Positions 32,973 through 42,371 of a stretch of 43,119 bases of DNA are shown here, in pieces; within the stretch, counting starts at the first letter, position 1, and each line of letters starts with the position of its first letter. The position numbers were made by a program, and so were the translations under genes. Below the pieces are notes generated by a model. That model had not been told where the DNA came from, made no database searches, and worked only from the letters and a program-made list of their open reading frames with translations. Where the stretch lies: assembly GCA_963694325.1 (NCBI GenBank), contig CAVOCV010000001.1:1-43119 (forward strand), given 5' to 3'. Source of the stretch: Candidatus Thalassarchaeaceae archaeon (lineage in GTDB: Archaea; Thermoplasmatota; Poseidoniia; Poseidoniales; Thalassarchaeaceae).

Positions 32973-34370
32973 TCAGTACTGCGTCAGCGGTGCGCGCATG
33001 AATTCGCGCATCAGAATGGTTGCGTAGGTTCCACTGGGCAACGTGAATCGAAGTCTGAGACTGCAGCCGTCGGCATGCCAGAGTTCGCCATCGCGCGGGC
33101 CTTCTGAGGCGCGATTCGACAATCGTTCGCTCTCGACATCGCCGGCTTCTTCAACGCTGAATTCGGTGAAACCGATGGTCAGCGGACGTCGGCTGCCCCT
33201 AGAGGTCAGCCGCGGGATGCCCGAGACATTCCAATCCTGATCCTCGAGACCCATCTCGGCGACGACCTGGCGTTCGATCTGACCGGGTTGTGCATCTGAG
33301 TAGACCGACTCCCCTCCCGGCAGTGCGCCGGTCACGGCGAGTCGGCCGAGGCGGCAGTTTCGAGTGATGCGCGGCAAAAGGTCGGCCTCGGCCTCGACCA
33401 ACTTGGCCATGTCGACCTTGCCATTGTCCTGAATGAGGCCGACGACGTCACCCTCGATCGGCTCGGACAGGGTGAGTCCCGCTTCGAGCCGAGCCGCGAT
33501 GATGCGATTGAAGGCCTCGGATTGCAGGCTGTGGACCATCATCAATTGCAGGGAGTTCGGCAATTTTCGGAAGGCGCCCAGCCAATCCTCGGGCTTCTTC
33601 TTGAGAGCGTGCAGCATGTCCTTCTCAAAGCCGAGGTGCTGGGGGGCGATCTCCAGACATTGTTCCGCGTCCTGGGTTTCGCGCCACAGGGTTCGAAAGG
33701 CCTCGACCGCGGGCTGTTGATGGATGCCGGCCATGCCGAGGTAGGCGTCGACGGCGCCCATCCAATCATCATTGATGACCGCGCGACCGACGACCGGTGT
33801 GACCGGGCGGGTCGCGCCGAACCGTTGTGGGCCGATCCAGTTTGGGAAGCGGCCCTGGCCGAGTCGCTCGGCCATGCCCTCGAAGATGTGGTTGACGCGC
33901 TCGATGGCGGTCTTTGCGTCGAGAGGATTGCCGTCGGTATCGGCACATCCGCGAACCGTGATGGTGAATCGGTTGCCGCTGTGGTCGCCGAAGGAGAGTT
34001 TCTGATGACTTCGACCGAGAATCTCGATCTCCACATCGGGCATCTCGACGCCTGCAACTTTGGATTGCTGGGCATCGATGACGAGCAATTGAGTGGTGAT
34101 GGCGCGCTTGTCCTTCGTCCCACTGAACCAGATTCGATTCTTCGAAATACCGATTGCACGGGCGAGTTTACCAACGAATCGATTCGTTTCCCAATTCGTC
34201 AATGTCACGCGAACGACGGTGAAGCGTCCCTTGGGGTCGAGGGCCGGCGTGCGGCCGACTTCTTCGACACGAAAATCTTCGAAGCGAGCCTTGAGCAGAC
34301 CACCGATTCCCACACCCTCAGCGGCATAGCCGGTGAGACCACAGGCCGCGGCGATTTCCGCCGGCGTCAT
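32973..34370 (-). CDS. truD: tRNA pseudouridine synthase TruD/Pus7 family
   Basis: FEDFRVEE N-terminal motif and the GTKDKRAITTQ catalytic Asp motif. 465 aa. Confidence 0.85.
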   Translation of the reverse strand: MTPAEIAAACGLTGYAAEGVGIGGLLKARFEDFRVEEVGRTPALDPKGRFTVVRVTLTNWETNRFVGKLARAIGISKNRIWFSGTKDKRAITTQLLVIDAQQSKVAGVEMPDVEIEILGRSHQKLSFGDHSGNRFTITVRGCADTDGNPLDAKTAIERVNHIFEGMAERLGQGRFPNWIGPQRFGATRPVTPVVGRAVINDDWMGAVDAYLGMAGIHQQPAVEAFRTLWRETQDAEQCLEIAPQHLGFEKDMLHALKKKPEDWLGAFRKLPNSLQLMMVHSLQSEAFNRIIAARLEAGLTLSEPIEGDVVGLIQDNGKVDMAKLVEAEADLLPRITRNCRLGRLAVTGALPGGESVYSDAQPGQIERQVVAEMGLEDQDWNVSGIPRLTSRGSRRPLTIGFTEFSVEEAGDVESERLSNRASEGPRDGELWHADGCSLRLRFTLPSGTYATILMREFMRAPLTQY

Positions 34371-34384
34371 CTGGATTCCTCCGC

Positions 34385-34645
34385 TCAGGGCAGTGTGAGG
34401 CCATCGAATTCCTTGGCGATGTCCTTGCAGAGCTTCTGGAGGATCTTGGAGGGGTTCTTCCCTTTCTTGCAGCGCATGTAGAATTCGGGTTCGTCGAGTT
34501 CCGGATGACCGACGAAATAGTTCGCGTACTCCACATCCTTGCTGTCGTTGAGGCGTGAACGGAACAGCTGGAGTGCCGTGTGACCCTCCTCTGTGATTCG
34601 GATTCGCAGTTCGCCGCCTTCGTTGAGAAGCACCTTGATTACCAT
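34385..34645 (-). CDS. rpoL: DNA-directed RNA polymerase subunit L (Rpo11)
   Basis: I take the ATG at 34645 (MVIKVLLNEGGELRIRITEEGHTALQLFRSRL...VEYANYFVGHPELDEPEFYMRCKKG). The EGHT..L....L...V.fA.Y...HP pattern fits RpoL. Confidence 0.75.
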   Translation of the reverse strand: MVIKVLLNEGGELRIRITEEGHTALQLFRSRLNDSKDVEYANYFVGHPELDEPEFYMRCKKGKNPSKILQKLCKDIAKEFDGLTLP

Positions 34646-34792
34646 GATGACCGACCCGGCGACCGGCCCCTCCCTTTTGAGCCTTTCAACGACCACCCAC
34701 TCTGTGGGTGCATCCGAATTGGTGTGTGGACCGGGCTGGAGCCGGCCCATGCCGCCCGTCGACTTATCTATTCAATTCCGTTCGCCGGGTCC

Positions 34793-37381
34793 ATGGTTAG
34801 CGGACGCGTTGGCGAGGATACCCTCGTTGGAGCGGATACCTTCGAGCGGGCTGCCGTGCCCATCCTCGTCGTCTCACTGCTGTTGACCGTCGCCCTCGGG
34901 TTGCAATTATTCCCTGCTTTGCCAGAATTTGATACCGACCTGTCGGCCTTCGCGCCAGAGACTCCATCCGAGGCCGCAGAGGCCCGCATGGTGGATCACT
35001 TTCCTCCCGAGAGCCGGCCGATGTTCATCCACGTGACGGCGGATGACGGGTCGAATGTCCTGAGCATGGATCATCTCATCGCCCAGCAGGATGCGCTCGC
35101 TGTAGTGTTGAACAGGTCCACACATGGTGGAAATTTCATCCAATCCTCGATCGCCGCCCCGCAGATTCTACAATTGGGCTTGGACGAGTCGAACGCGTCG
35201 GGCAGTGCACTGGCGGATTATACTGACTGGGAGGGTTTGCTGGATGCGATGGTTGACGGGGGTACCGTCTGCGGAGATGCGCTCACCGATGACCGAGCCC
35301 TGTCGACGGCTGCATTCGCCAAGGACAGCCTTCTGCACAACGACCTCGACATCCAACCGGTCTGTGATTATCTGGATGACCCGACGACCGCGGGTGATGC
35401 GACGCCAACGGCGAGCAGCACGCTCTGGGTCATCATGATCGACCCTGCAATCGATGATGGGGCGCGTCAGGCTTTCCAGAACCTCATCCGCGTGGAGTTG
35501 GATGAGATTTCTGATGAAACCGGTCTGGATTACCACTCGACCAGCTTGGATTTGATGAGCCACGACATCAACAAGGGCACATTGGGTGAACTGGCAAAAC
35601 TGGTGATCGGTGCACTCGTCGTCATCATCATCATTCTCGCTGTCGCCTTCCGCTCGGTTCGCGGCGTCGCCTTCCCGCTCGTCGGATTGTCAGCCGCGTT
35701 GGTGTGGACCTATGGCGGCATGGCGCTGGCCGATGTCGAATTCTCGATTTTGGAGGTTGCCGTCGCACCGGTCGTCCTCGGACTCGGCATCGACTACAGC
35801 ATCCATCTGCAACGGCAATACAACACATTCCGGGCCGAGGGCTTGCCTGCCGGTCAGGCTTGGCTGAAAGGATTCGAGACCCTGAAGGTCGCACTGACCC
35901 TGGGCGTCATCACAACGATGGCCGCATTCATGGCCAATTTCGCATCCCCCCTGCCACCCTTGCGCACGTTTGGCTTCGGGCTCGCATTCGGTGTATTTTG
36001 TGCCTTCATCTCCTCGACGGTTCTCGTCGGCGCCCTCCACGTCGTGATGGAACGCGCGCCCGAGGCCCACGCACGCGATCTCGAATGGGCCCGCTTTGGG
36101 AAGTTCAGTCACGCCATGGTCTCCTTCCAACGCAAGCAGCAGGCCAAGGTCATCGGTGTGGTCGCACTGCTCACGGTGGCCTCGGTGATCGTCGCCGCGG
36201 CCCGCCTCGAAACAGAATTCGATCTGACGGATTTCCTCGACGAGGACATGGACGTCATGGAGGGCCGCGAAAAGTTGTACGATTCCTATGCAGCGACGGG
36301 CTGGAAGCCGGTCTATATCCTGATGGAGCCCGAGCATGGCGCCGACTCGATCCCCGATGATGCCGCGTTGCTCAACAGTTTGGGGCTGCTCGACAATTGG
36401 CTCGGGTCGACCGATGGCGTGGTCGCGCCATTCTCGACGGGGCAGAATACCCACCCGGCCTATGACGGTCCCTACCCGATTCTCCTCGATGCCGTACAGG
36501 GCGATGCCGCCTTTGGCGATGCCAACCACCTGCGCATCTCAGAATCGAAATTGGTCACGGCCGATGGATTCGAATCCGGCGGTATCGCGGCCGCTCTCGC
36601 CTCCTTGTCGGCCAACGATTCCCTTGCAGACCCCTTGACCGGCGAGACCTGGGCCGAGCGCGTCGATTCGGTCGTCGCACTCAACGAAGGGGCTGAGCCT
36701 GAAATCCTCTACATCCGCATGGAGGTTCTCGTCGAGGTGAAGACCAGCAGTGATAGTTCGGCTGTGCTCGTCGCACTCGAATCGACCATCGGCGACTTCT
36801 CAAGTCTCTCCGGCGTTCACGCGAACGTCTACCTCGCGGGCGATATCGTGAGCCTAGAGGCCGTGCTCGATGGCCTCACCGAATCCCAACTCACCTCGAC
36901 CCTGATCAGCCTGGCCGTCTGCTTCATCGTCCTTCTCGCACTGACCCGCCGCATTGGACCGGCGCTGATCATCGTCCTGCCCGTGGCCCTCGCAGCGACC
37001 TGGGTGGTTGGCGCGATGGCGCTCCTCAATCTCAATTGGAATGTGATGACCGTTATGGTGACCGCCCTGACGATCGGACTCGGCATCGATTATTCGATTC
37101 ACGTCTGGCAGCGATTCGAGGCGATGAAAGAGCAGGAAGGCGATGTCTGGGCCGGCCTGCGAGAGATGTACGCCTCGACCGGCGTGGCGCTGGTGCTCTC
37201 GGCGGGCACAACGATCTGCGGCTTCACCGTCCTCATGCTCTCCCAGATGCCCGTTGTGCAGGACTTCGGGGTCGTCACGGCGATTACGGTGTTCTTCTCG
37301 CTGATTCTCGCTCTCGTGCTATTGCCGGTTTTCCTCGTGCTCGACGCACAGTCGCGCAACGGTGACGAGAACGGTGCCTAA
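34793..37381 (+). CDS. Second RND-superfamily exporter, MMPL/COG1033-like
   Basis: I take the ATG at 34793 (MVSGRVGEDTL...), because the longer track ORF overlaps rpoL. It has duplicated motifs GLGIDYSIHLQRQY and GLGIDYSIHVWQRFE. A TATA-like TTATCTATT (34764..34772) is centred about 25 nt upstream of the ATG, so the mRNA may be leaderless. Confidence 0.85.
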   Translation: MVSGRVGEDTLVGADTFERAAVPILVVSLLLTVALGLQLFPALPEFDTDLSAFAPETPSEAAEARMVDHFPPESRPMFIHVTADDGSNVLSMDHLIAQQDALAVVLNRSTHGGNFIQSSIAAPQILQLGLDESNASGSALADYTDWEGLLDAMVDGGTVCGDALTDDRALSTAAFAKDSLLHNDLDIQPVCDYLDDPTTAGDATPTASSTLWVIMIDPAIDDGARQAFQNLIRVELDEISDETGLDYHSTSLDLMSHDINKGTLGELAKLVIGALVVIIIILAVAFRSVRGVAFPLVGLSAALVWTYGGMALADVEFSILEVAVAPVVLGLGIDYSIHLQRQYNTFRAEGLPAGQAWLKGFETLKVALTLGVITTMAAFMANFASPLPPLRTFGFGLAFGVFCAFISSTVLVGALHVVMERAPEAHARDLEWARFGKFSHAMVSFQRKQQAKVIGVVALLTVASVIVAAARLETEFDLTDFLDEDMDVMEGREKLYDSYAATGWKPVYILMEPEHGADSIPDDAALLNSLGLLDNWLGSTDGVVAPFSTGQNTHPAYDGPYPILLDAVQGDAAFGDANHLRISESKLVTADGFESGGIAAALASLSANDSLADPLTGETWAERVDSVVALNEGAEPEILYIRMEVLVEVKTSSDSSAVLVALESTIGDFSSLSGVHANVYLAGDIVSLEAVLDGLTESQLTSTLISLAVCFIVLLALTRRIGPALIIVLPVALAATWVVGAMALLNLNWNVMTVMVTALTIGLGIDYSIHVWQRFEAMKEQEGDVWAGLREMYASTGVALVLSAGTTICGFTVLMLSQMPVVQDFGVVTAITVFFSLILALVLLPVFLVLDAQSRNGDENGA

Positions 37382-37938
37382 GCCGCGATACTCGCGACCA
37401 GGCCGGGCATCGACAGCTGCTGTTCCCTCGCGACCAGCAGGAGGGCCATCCACAGGGTGACGGGCCCGAGGGCACGACGCTTGCGTTGGGCACGACGCAT
37501 GACCTCCTTGCGGTCGAGGTTGGACTCTTGGGCGATGCGGTCGAGCAGGGTCGTGATGTGCTGAGCGGCAGGGTCGATCATGGCGGGTTCGACGATGACC
37601 TCGGGTTCGACGGGTGTCTCGGGCGCCGGGACAGGGGTCGCACCTTGAGCCAGTCGTGGTGGATCTTCGAGCACCCGCATCACCGGCATCCAAGCGAAAG
37701 GCGCCTGCACCACTGAGATGTCGATCATCGGCCGCAAGCCTTCGGGTCGCACCTCGAGCCAGCCCGCCTCGATGAGATTGTCACGTACACGCGTCGCGAC
37801 TTGCATCTCAAACCATCCGAGGTCATAGGCCCACATCCGACAGATTTCATCGTGGCCAATCGGCTCACCGGGGCGCACCCCCCATGTTTGAGCGAGGAGG
37901 ATGGCGATGTCCGGTTCGTCAACCGAATGGGAGTCCAT
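37378..37938 (-). CDS. DUF2240-like archaeal protein
   Basis: The N-terminal domain ...HDEICRMWAYDLGWFEMQVATRVRDNLIEAGWLEVRPEGLRP...VQAPFAWMP resembles the haloarchaeal DUF2240 pattern (from memory). A Pro-rich linker leads to a second helical domain. Confidence 0.45.
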   Translation of the reverse strand: MDSHSVDEPDIAILLAQTWGVRPGEPIGHDEICRMWAYDLGWFEMQVATRVRDNLIEAGWLEVRPEGLRPMIDISVVQAPFAWMPVMRVLEDPPRLAQGATPVPAPETPVEPEVIVEPAMIDPAAQHITTLLDRIAQESNLDRKEVMRRAQRKRRALGPVTLWMALLLVAREQQLSMPGLVASIAA

Positions 37939-38062
37939 TGGCGTCGGGGGGTGGGTTAGAGTCCTTCATCGTCACGGGCCAAAGGTCATCCCTGACCACC
38001 CGCTGCGCGGCCCCGGACCGGTGGCTTTGAAGAGGTCGGCGTGCACGAAGAGAGGCGATTCC

Positions 38063-39325
38063 ATGCGTGATTATATTGCACGAGACCCGAAAACGGGCCG
38101 CCCACTGAAAACCCGACGCCGCAGGAGTACGGGCCCCAACCTCGCCTACCAATCCGGCGAGGGCCCTTGGGATTCCATCCCATTGGCCAACATCCTGCCG
38201 CTGGCCAATGGAGACGTCAATGTCGAACCGGTCATTTGGGCGGATCGAGAGCGGCTCCTCCGAAGAGTCGACGGCATCCGAGCCCTGCCACGCATTCGAG
38301 GCCGAGATCAGAATCTCGCCCATGCCGCCTTGAAAGCCGCCCTCGGGGACCTCGACCCGCGATACCGCATCGCGGGCCTTGCCAGTCTGCCCTATTGTGC
38401 CCTGCAAGTGCCGGACAGTCTCTTTGAACACCTGCACGAATTGCTCGAGGATGTCGATGCGGAGGTCCGGGAGGCTGCACAGACCTGCTTGGTCATCGTC
38501 GCGCCCGTCTTTCCTTCGGCCACCGAGGAGACGCTCCGCCGACAGATGCGCGTCACCCAGAAGGGCCGCCGCCGCAACGGCTTCACCGCCCTCCGCAAAG
38601 TCGCGGGTGCTTGGCCGGAAGTCGCCGAACTCCACATTGACGAACTCATCCGAGAGGAGGATATTGAACTGCGCACCGAAGGCGCAGCCCTCCTATCCAA
38701 ACTGGCCCGACACAAGTCGGCCTCTCTGTGGGATCTGATCGGATGGTGCCTCCAAGATGAAGCCGTCACCGTTCGACGCAATGCCGCTCGCGCGTTGGTG
38801 CCGCTCGCAGAACACGCACCCAGAGTCGCTCAAATCGCCCTCGAGATCGCCTTTTTCGACGAGGACGACAAAGTGCGAAACTTCGCCCTCAAGGCGAGCC
38901 AAAAACTCGACCCGAACTCCTTCCGGATGCAACGCCTCATCCTCGACGGCACGCGTCACTCCGACCGAGCCATCCGCATCTCATGCATCAAGACCCTCCC
39001 GATCATCTTGGTCGAAGCCGAGGTCCGCATCCAAGCGGCCGACCTCATGCTGCAGGAGACGGACAAGGAGATCCGCGCCCTCTTGCAGGAGCTGATGACC
39101 GACGAATCGCTCGAGGGCACGGAGGAACAGAAGAATCGTTTCCTCGCCCCGGCGCCCAAGGTCGAGGTGGATGAGGGTTCACTCTCTGAACTGTCTCCGC
39201 CACCCCCGCAACCCGACCCCATCGACCAGACCAACGCTGCAAAAAAGCCCGATCAGCGCCAACCCTCGCAGGACGAACTCTACTACGGCGACGACTTCGA
39301 CGACGAGATGGACGATTTGGTCTGA
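38063..39325 (+). CDS. HEAT/PBS-lyase-like repeat protein with acidic C-terminal tail
   Basis: I take the ATG at 38063 (MRDYIARDPK...). It shows repeated D..VR..A...L helical-pair signatures (DAEVREAAQTCL, EAVTVRRNAARALVPL, DDKVRNFALKA, SDRAIRISCIKTL). The C-terminus is YYGDDFDDEMDDLV. Confidence 0.55.
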   Translation: MRDYIARDPKTGRPLKTRRRRSTGPNLAYQSGEGPWDSIPLANILPLANGDVNVEPVIWADRERLLRRVDGIRALPRIRGRDQNLAHAALKAALGDLDPRYRIAGLASLPYCALQVPDSLFEHLHELLEDVDAEVREAAQTCLVIVAPVFPSATEETLRRQMRVTQKGRRRNGFTALRKVAGAWPEVAELHIDELIREEDIELRTEGAALLSKLARHKSASLWDLIGWCLQDEAVTVRRNAARALVPLAEHAPRVAQIALEIAFFDEDDKVRNFALKASQKLDPNSFRMQRLILDGTRHSDRAIRISCIKTLPIILVEAEVRIQAADLMLQETDKEIRALLQELMTDESLEGTEEQKNRFLAPAPKVEVDEGSLSELSPPPPQPDPIDQTNAAKKPDQRQPSQDELYYGDDFDDEMDDLV

Positions 39326-39397
39326 GCCTCGCTCTCCCCGTAGGGGAGTCGGCACGGTTAAAGAGGGGCGTCAGGTCGCCGACGCCGAGGAATCCGC

Positions 39398-39613
39398 ATG
39401 AGTGACGAAGACTTCGACACAAAGCGCGAGCAGTTCAACAATCTCTGGGACGGAATCACTCCCAAGGGTGTCAACCGAACCAAGTCGCTGAAGTTCCGCC
39501 AATACATCCGAGAACATGTGCGCCAGAAGAAGGTCGCCATGACCCGCACCAACTGCGAAAAGTACTGGATGGGCGAACTACAGAAGGAAATTCACGACGC
39601 GGAGACCTTCTGA
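39398..39613 (+). CDS. Hypothetical small basic protein
   Basis: 71-aa ORF with ATG at 39398 and GAGGA upstream. It ends 14 nt before the helicase ATG. No family recognised. Confidence 0.35.
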   Translation: MSDEDFDTKREQFNNLWDGITPKGVNRTKSLKFRQYIREHVRQKKVAMTRTNCEKYWMGELQKEIHDAETF

Positions 39614-39627
39614 CCGAGCTGAACCCG

Positions 39628-41055
39628 ATGTCCAGCACCAACGCGCTCTCCACCGTCCGTTTTTCGGATTGGGACCTCTCTGACGACATTGCTGATGCGA
39701 TCGCCGCCAAGGGCTGGGATTACACCACGCCCATCCAGGCCGAGTCGGTGCCTCTGGCCCGGTCCGGCAAGGACATCGTCGGCCAGGCCCGGACCGGATC
39801 CGGCAAGACCGTGGCATTTGGCATCCCGATCATCGAGAATAGCGAACCGACGGGCACGACCCAGGCGCTCGTTCTCTGCCCGACCCGAGAACTCGCGACC
39901 CAGGTCAGCGAGGAACTGCAGTGGTTGCAGGGCGGCAAGGGACTGAAGTTCGTCACCGTCTACGGCGGCACGGACATCGACAAGCAGGCCAAGGTCCTCG
40001 ATGCGGGCTGCGATGTGATCGTCGGCACGCCCGGACGCGTCATCGACATGACCAAGCGCGGCCACATCGATCTGTCAACCATCACCCGATTTGCCCTCGA
40101 CGAAGCCGACAGAATGCTCGACATGGGCTTCTTCCCGGACATCCTATGGTGTCTGGAACGCCTCGAAAACCGACAGCAGACCCTGCTGTTCAGCGCCACT
40201 TTCCCCCAAGAGGTCCTCGAGGCGGCGAACGAATTCATCACCGGCGCCGAGCACGTCATGAGCGAGGAACTCGATGTCGAGGTGCCCGAGATCGACCAGT
40301 ACATGGTCAAGATCGGCCGCGCCAACAAACTCTGGGTCCTCGGCCGACTCATGGTCCGCCTGAGCGAGGAGGATCAAGTCATCGTCTTCACCAATACCAA
40401 GCGCATGGTCGACCTTCTGGTCGAACGGCTAGAGCGTCACCGCTTCAGCGCCACCGGCCTGCACGGTGACATGGCACAGAACAAGCGCGAGCGCATCATC
40501 AAGGATTTCCGCGAGGGCTTGACCCGCGTTGTCATCGCCACCGATGTCGCAGCGCGTGGCCTCGACGTCGATGGCGTCACCATGGTCATCAATTACGACA
40601 TCCCGAACGATTCAGAATCCTATGTCCACCGCATCGGCCGCACCGGCCGAATGGGCCGCAAAGGCGAGGCGTGGTCCTTCGTCTCCGGCGAGGACGCGCC
40701 GCTCATGAGCAAGGTCATCTCGACCTGGAACATGGTCGTCAAGGAGGTCGAAGCACCGCCACTCCCCGACGGCGTCGACCGAGACCCCGTCCGCAAGCAG
40801 AAGGATTGGGGTGAATCTGCCGATGTCTGGGGCATGGTCCCCATCCGCTTGGCCATCGATGGTGCTTCCAAGCTCGCCATCCACGCCTTCCTCTCCGACG
40901 AAGCGCGTCTTCCCGACCTCGCGATCGGCAACATCCGCCCCGAGGGGAACACCACCATCGTAGAAGTCCACAGGCAGAAGGCCCAGCACGCCCTCGACGC
41001 TCTCAAGGGCAAGTCCTTCAACGGCGCCAAGGTCAACGCTGACCTCGTCAACTGA
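39628..41055 (+). CDS. DEAD-box ATP-dependent RNA helicase with C-terminal DbpA/RRM-like extension
   Basis: Motifs AQTGSGKT-type (ARTGSGKT), PTRELA, TPGR, DEAD (LDEADRML), SAT and HRIGRTGR. A C-terminal beta-alpha-beta domain of about 80 aa follows. Confidence 0.9.
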   Translation: MSSTNALSTVRFSDWDLSDDIADAIAAKGWDYTTPIQAESVPLARSGKDIVGQARTGSGKTVAFGIPIIENSEPTGTTQALVLCPTRELATQVSEELQWLQGGKGLKFVTVYGGTDIDKQAKVLDAGCDVIVGTPGRVIDMTKRGHIDLSTITRFALDEADRMLDMGFFPDILWCLERLENRQQTLLFSATFPQEVLEAANEFITGAEHVMSEELDVEVPEIDQYMVKIGRANKLWVLGRLMVRLSEEDQVIVFTNTKRMVDLLVERLERHRFSATGLHGDMAQNKRERIIKDFREGLTRVVIATDVAARGLDVDGVTMVINYDIPNDSESYVHRIGRTGRMGRKGEAWSFVSGEDAPLMSKVISTWNMVVKEVEAPPLPDGVDRDPVRKQKDWGESADVWGMVPIRLAIDGASKLAIHAFLSDEARLPDLAIGNIRPEGNTTIVEVHRQKAQHALDALKGKSFNGAKVNADLVN

Positions 41056-41058
41056 GGC

Positions 41059-42099
41059 TCATTCCTCTTCTGAGGAAGGGGAAGGGGTCGGTTCGATCGT
41101 CACGATGGCGAGCCCGATGAACACCGCACTGAAGATCCAGGCGCGATAGGATCGGCCCCAGGCCTCGTTCCAGCGCTCCATCTCGGAGTAGCACCCCTCA
41201 CCATCGGCATTCTCCCAACCGTTAACAGGCCCCCACGCACACTCGCCTGCTGTCGCCTTATAGCCGAGATTTTCCTCATCGACGGTCACTGCATAGGTCG
41301 CCCAACTGGCGAGGAGCAGACAGAGGACGATGACCACCTTCGACACGTTGGGGAGTGAATCTCGCAATCGAATTTCGTTCAATCGGGGCAGATCCTTGAT
41401 GGAGGGCCTGACCGTCTTGTCGACCAATCCTTTGCGATCGAGTACGATATACCAGCCGAGCCACATGAGGACGAGAATGGCAAGGAATCCCTGACTGAGG
41501 ATGAATTGATGGAATTCGAGCATCGGTGCCTCGCATCCCAAGGTGTTCGGCGAAGCTTCGCATCCACTCACCGCCAGTGGGTAGAGGACGACGAGCCGAA
41601 TGAAATTCAGCACCTGAACGATGAGAATCATCGCTGCAATCGAGCGCCAGCGGGTTCGATTTTTGATGCCCGGTGTCAGCAGCATGAGGACGCTGAGAAA
41701 GATGATTTCGTGCAATCCAACGCACTCATCTGACACGAAAACAGGCACATAGCCACCGACAAATGAGGTGTTGATCAGATGCACTTGGGTCAAGGCGCCC
41801 GTATCATGTCGAACCAGAACCGCCGACCCATCCCAAATAAAATTCGACAAACTGGTCCACAACGAGGCGATGCCAGCCTGATAGGGCTCGAACGAGTTCG
41901 AGGTATCCGTTCCCCACCAGTAAATCGCCTCGACGATGAGTAGGACGAGCGGAATCCGCAGGTATCCATAGGCCAATTCACCGACCTCGGGCCACGACAA
42001 ATCCTCCTTCGGAGGTGGCGTGGTTCGCTTCGCGCGCACGAGGTGCCGACACTCCCTCGGCGCTTCAAAGCAACCCTCCTGCCCAGCAGTCGGATTCAA
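41059..42099 (-). CDS. Exosortase/archaeosortase-family-like polytopic membrane protein with C-terminal extension
   Basis: Candidate Cys126 in VFVSDECVGLHEIIFL (codon 41722..41724), Arg168 in LNFIRLV (41596..41598) and His197 in EFHQFI (41509..41511). The spacing fits the Cys...Arg...His arrangement of this family. The track start is TTG; a GTG at 42039 is an alternative. The call is from pattern memory only. Confidence 0.5.
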   Translation of the reverse strand: MNPTAGQEGCFEAPRECRHLVRAKRTTPPPKEDLSWPEVGELAYGYLRIPLVLLIVEAIYWWGTDTSNSFEPYQAGIASLWTSLSNFIWDGSAVLVRHDTGALTQVHLINTSFVGGYVPVFVSDECVGLHEIIFLSVLMLLTPGIKNRTRWRSIAAMILIVQVLNFIRLVVLYPLAVSGCEASPNTLGCEAPMLEFHQFILSQGFLAILVLMWLGWYIVLDRKGLVDKTVRPSIKDLPRLNEIRLRDSLPNVSKVVIVLCLLLASWATYAVTVDEENLGYKATAGECAWGPVNGWENADGEGCYSEMERWNEAWGRSYRAWIFSAVFIGLAIVTIEPTPSPSSEEE

Positions 42100-42125
42100 G
42101 AAAGGTGAGCGCCAGCAAGCAACCG

Positions 42126-42371
42126 ATGAGCACCGACCGTGCCGACGTCACCCTCGACGTCCTCGGCTTCCACTGCCCCGTGCCGGTCCACGAGACCAAG
42201 CGCACGCTGGCGACGATGGACACGGGAAATGTCCTGCTGGTGATGGCCGACGACCCGGAGACCAAGATGGACATGCCCGCCCTGCTCAATCGCACCGGTG
42301 ATACACTCATCGAATTGCACGAGGAAGCCGGAGAATTCCATTACCGCATCCGCAAGGAGGCAATCGCATGA
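42126..42371 (+). CDS. TusA-like sulfurtransferase/sulfur carrier
   Basis: I take the ATG at 42126 (MSTDRADVTLDVLGFHCPVPVHETKRTL...). The CPxP motif has the family's characteristic context. About 81 aa. Confidence 0.7.
   Translation: MSTDRADVTLDVLGFHCPVPVHETKRTLATMDTGNVLLVMADDPETKMDMPALLNRTGDTLIELHEEAGEFHYRIRKEAIA

Noticed and set aside
39628-41055. DEAD-box helicase with neighbouring unknown genes as a defence system
   Set aside because: All helicase motifs are the housekeeping DEAD-box type, and it has a DbpA-like rRNA-binding tail. No nuclease, methylase, TIR/SIR2, toxin or sensor domains are nearby.
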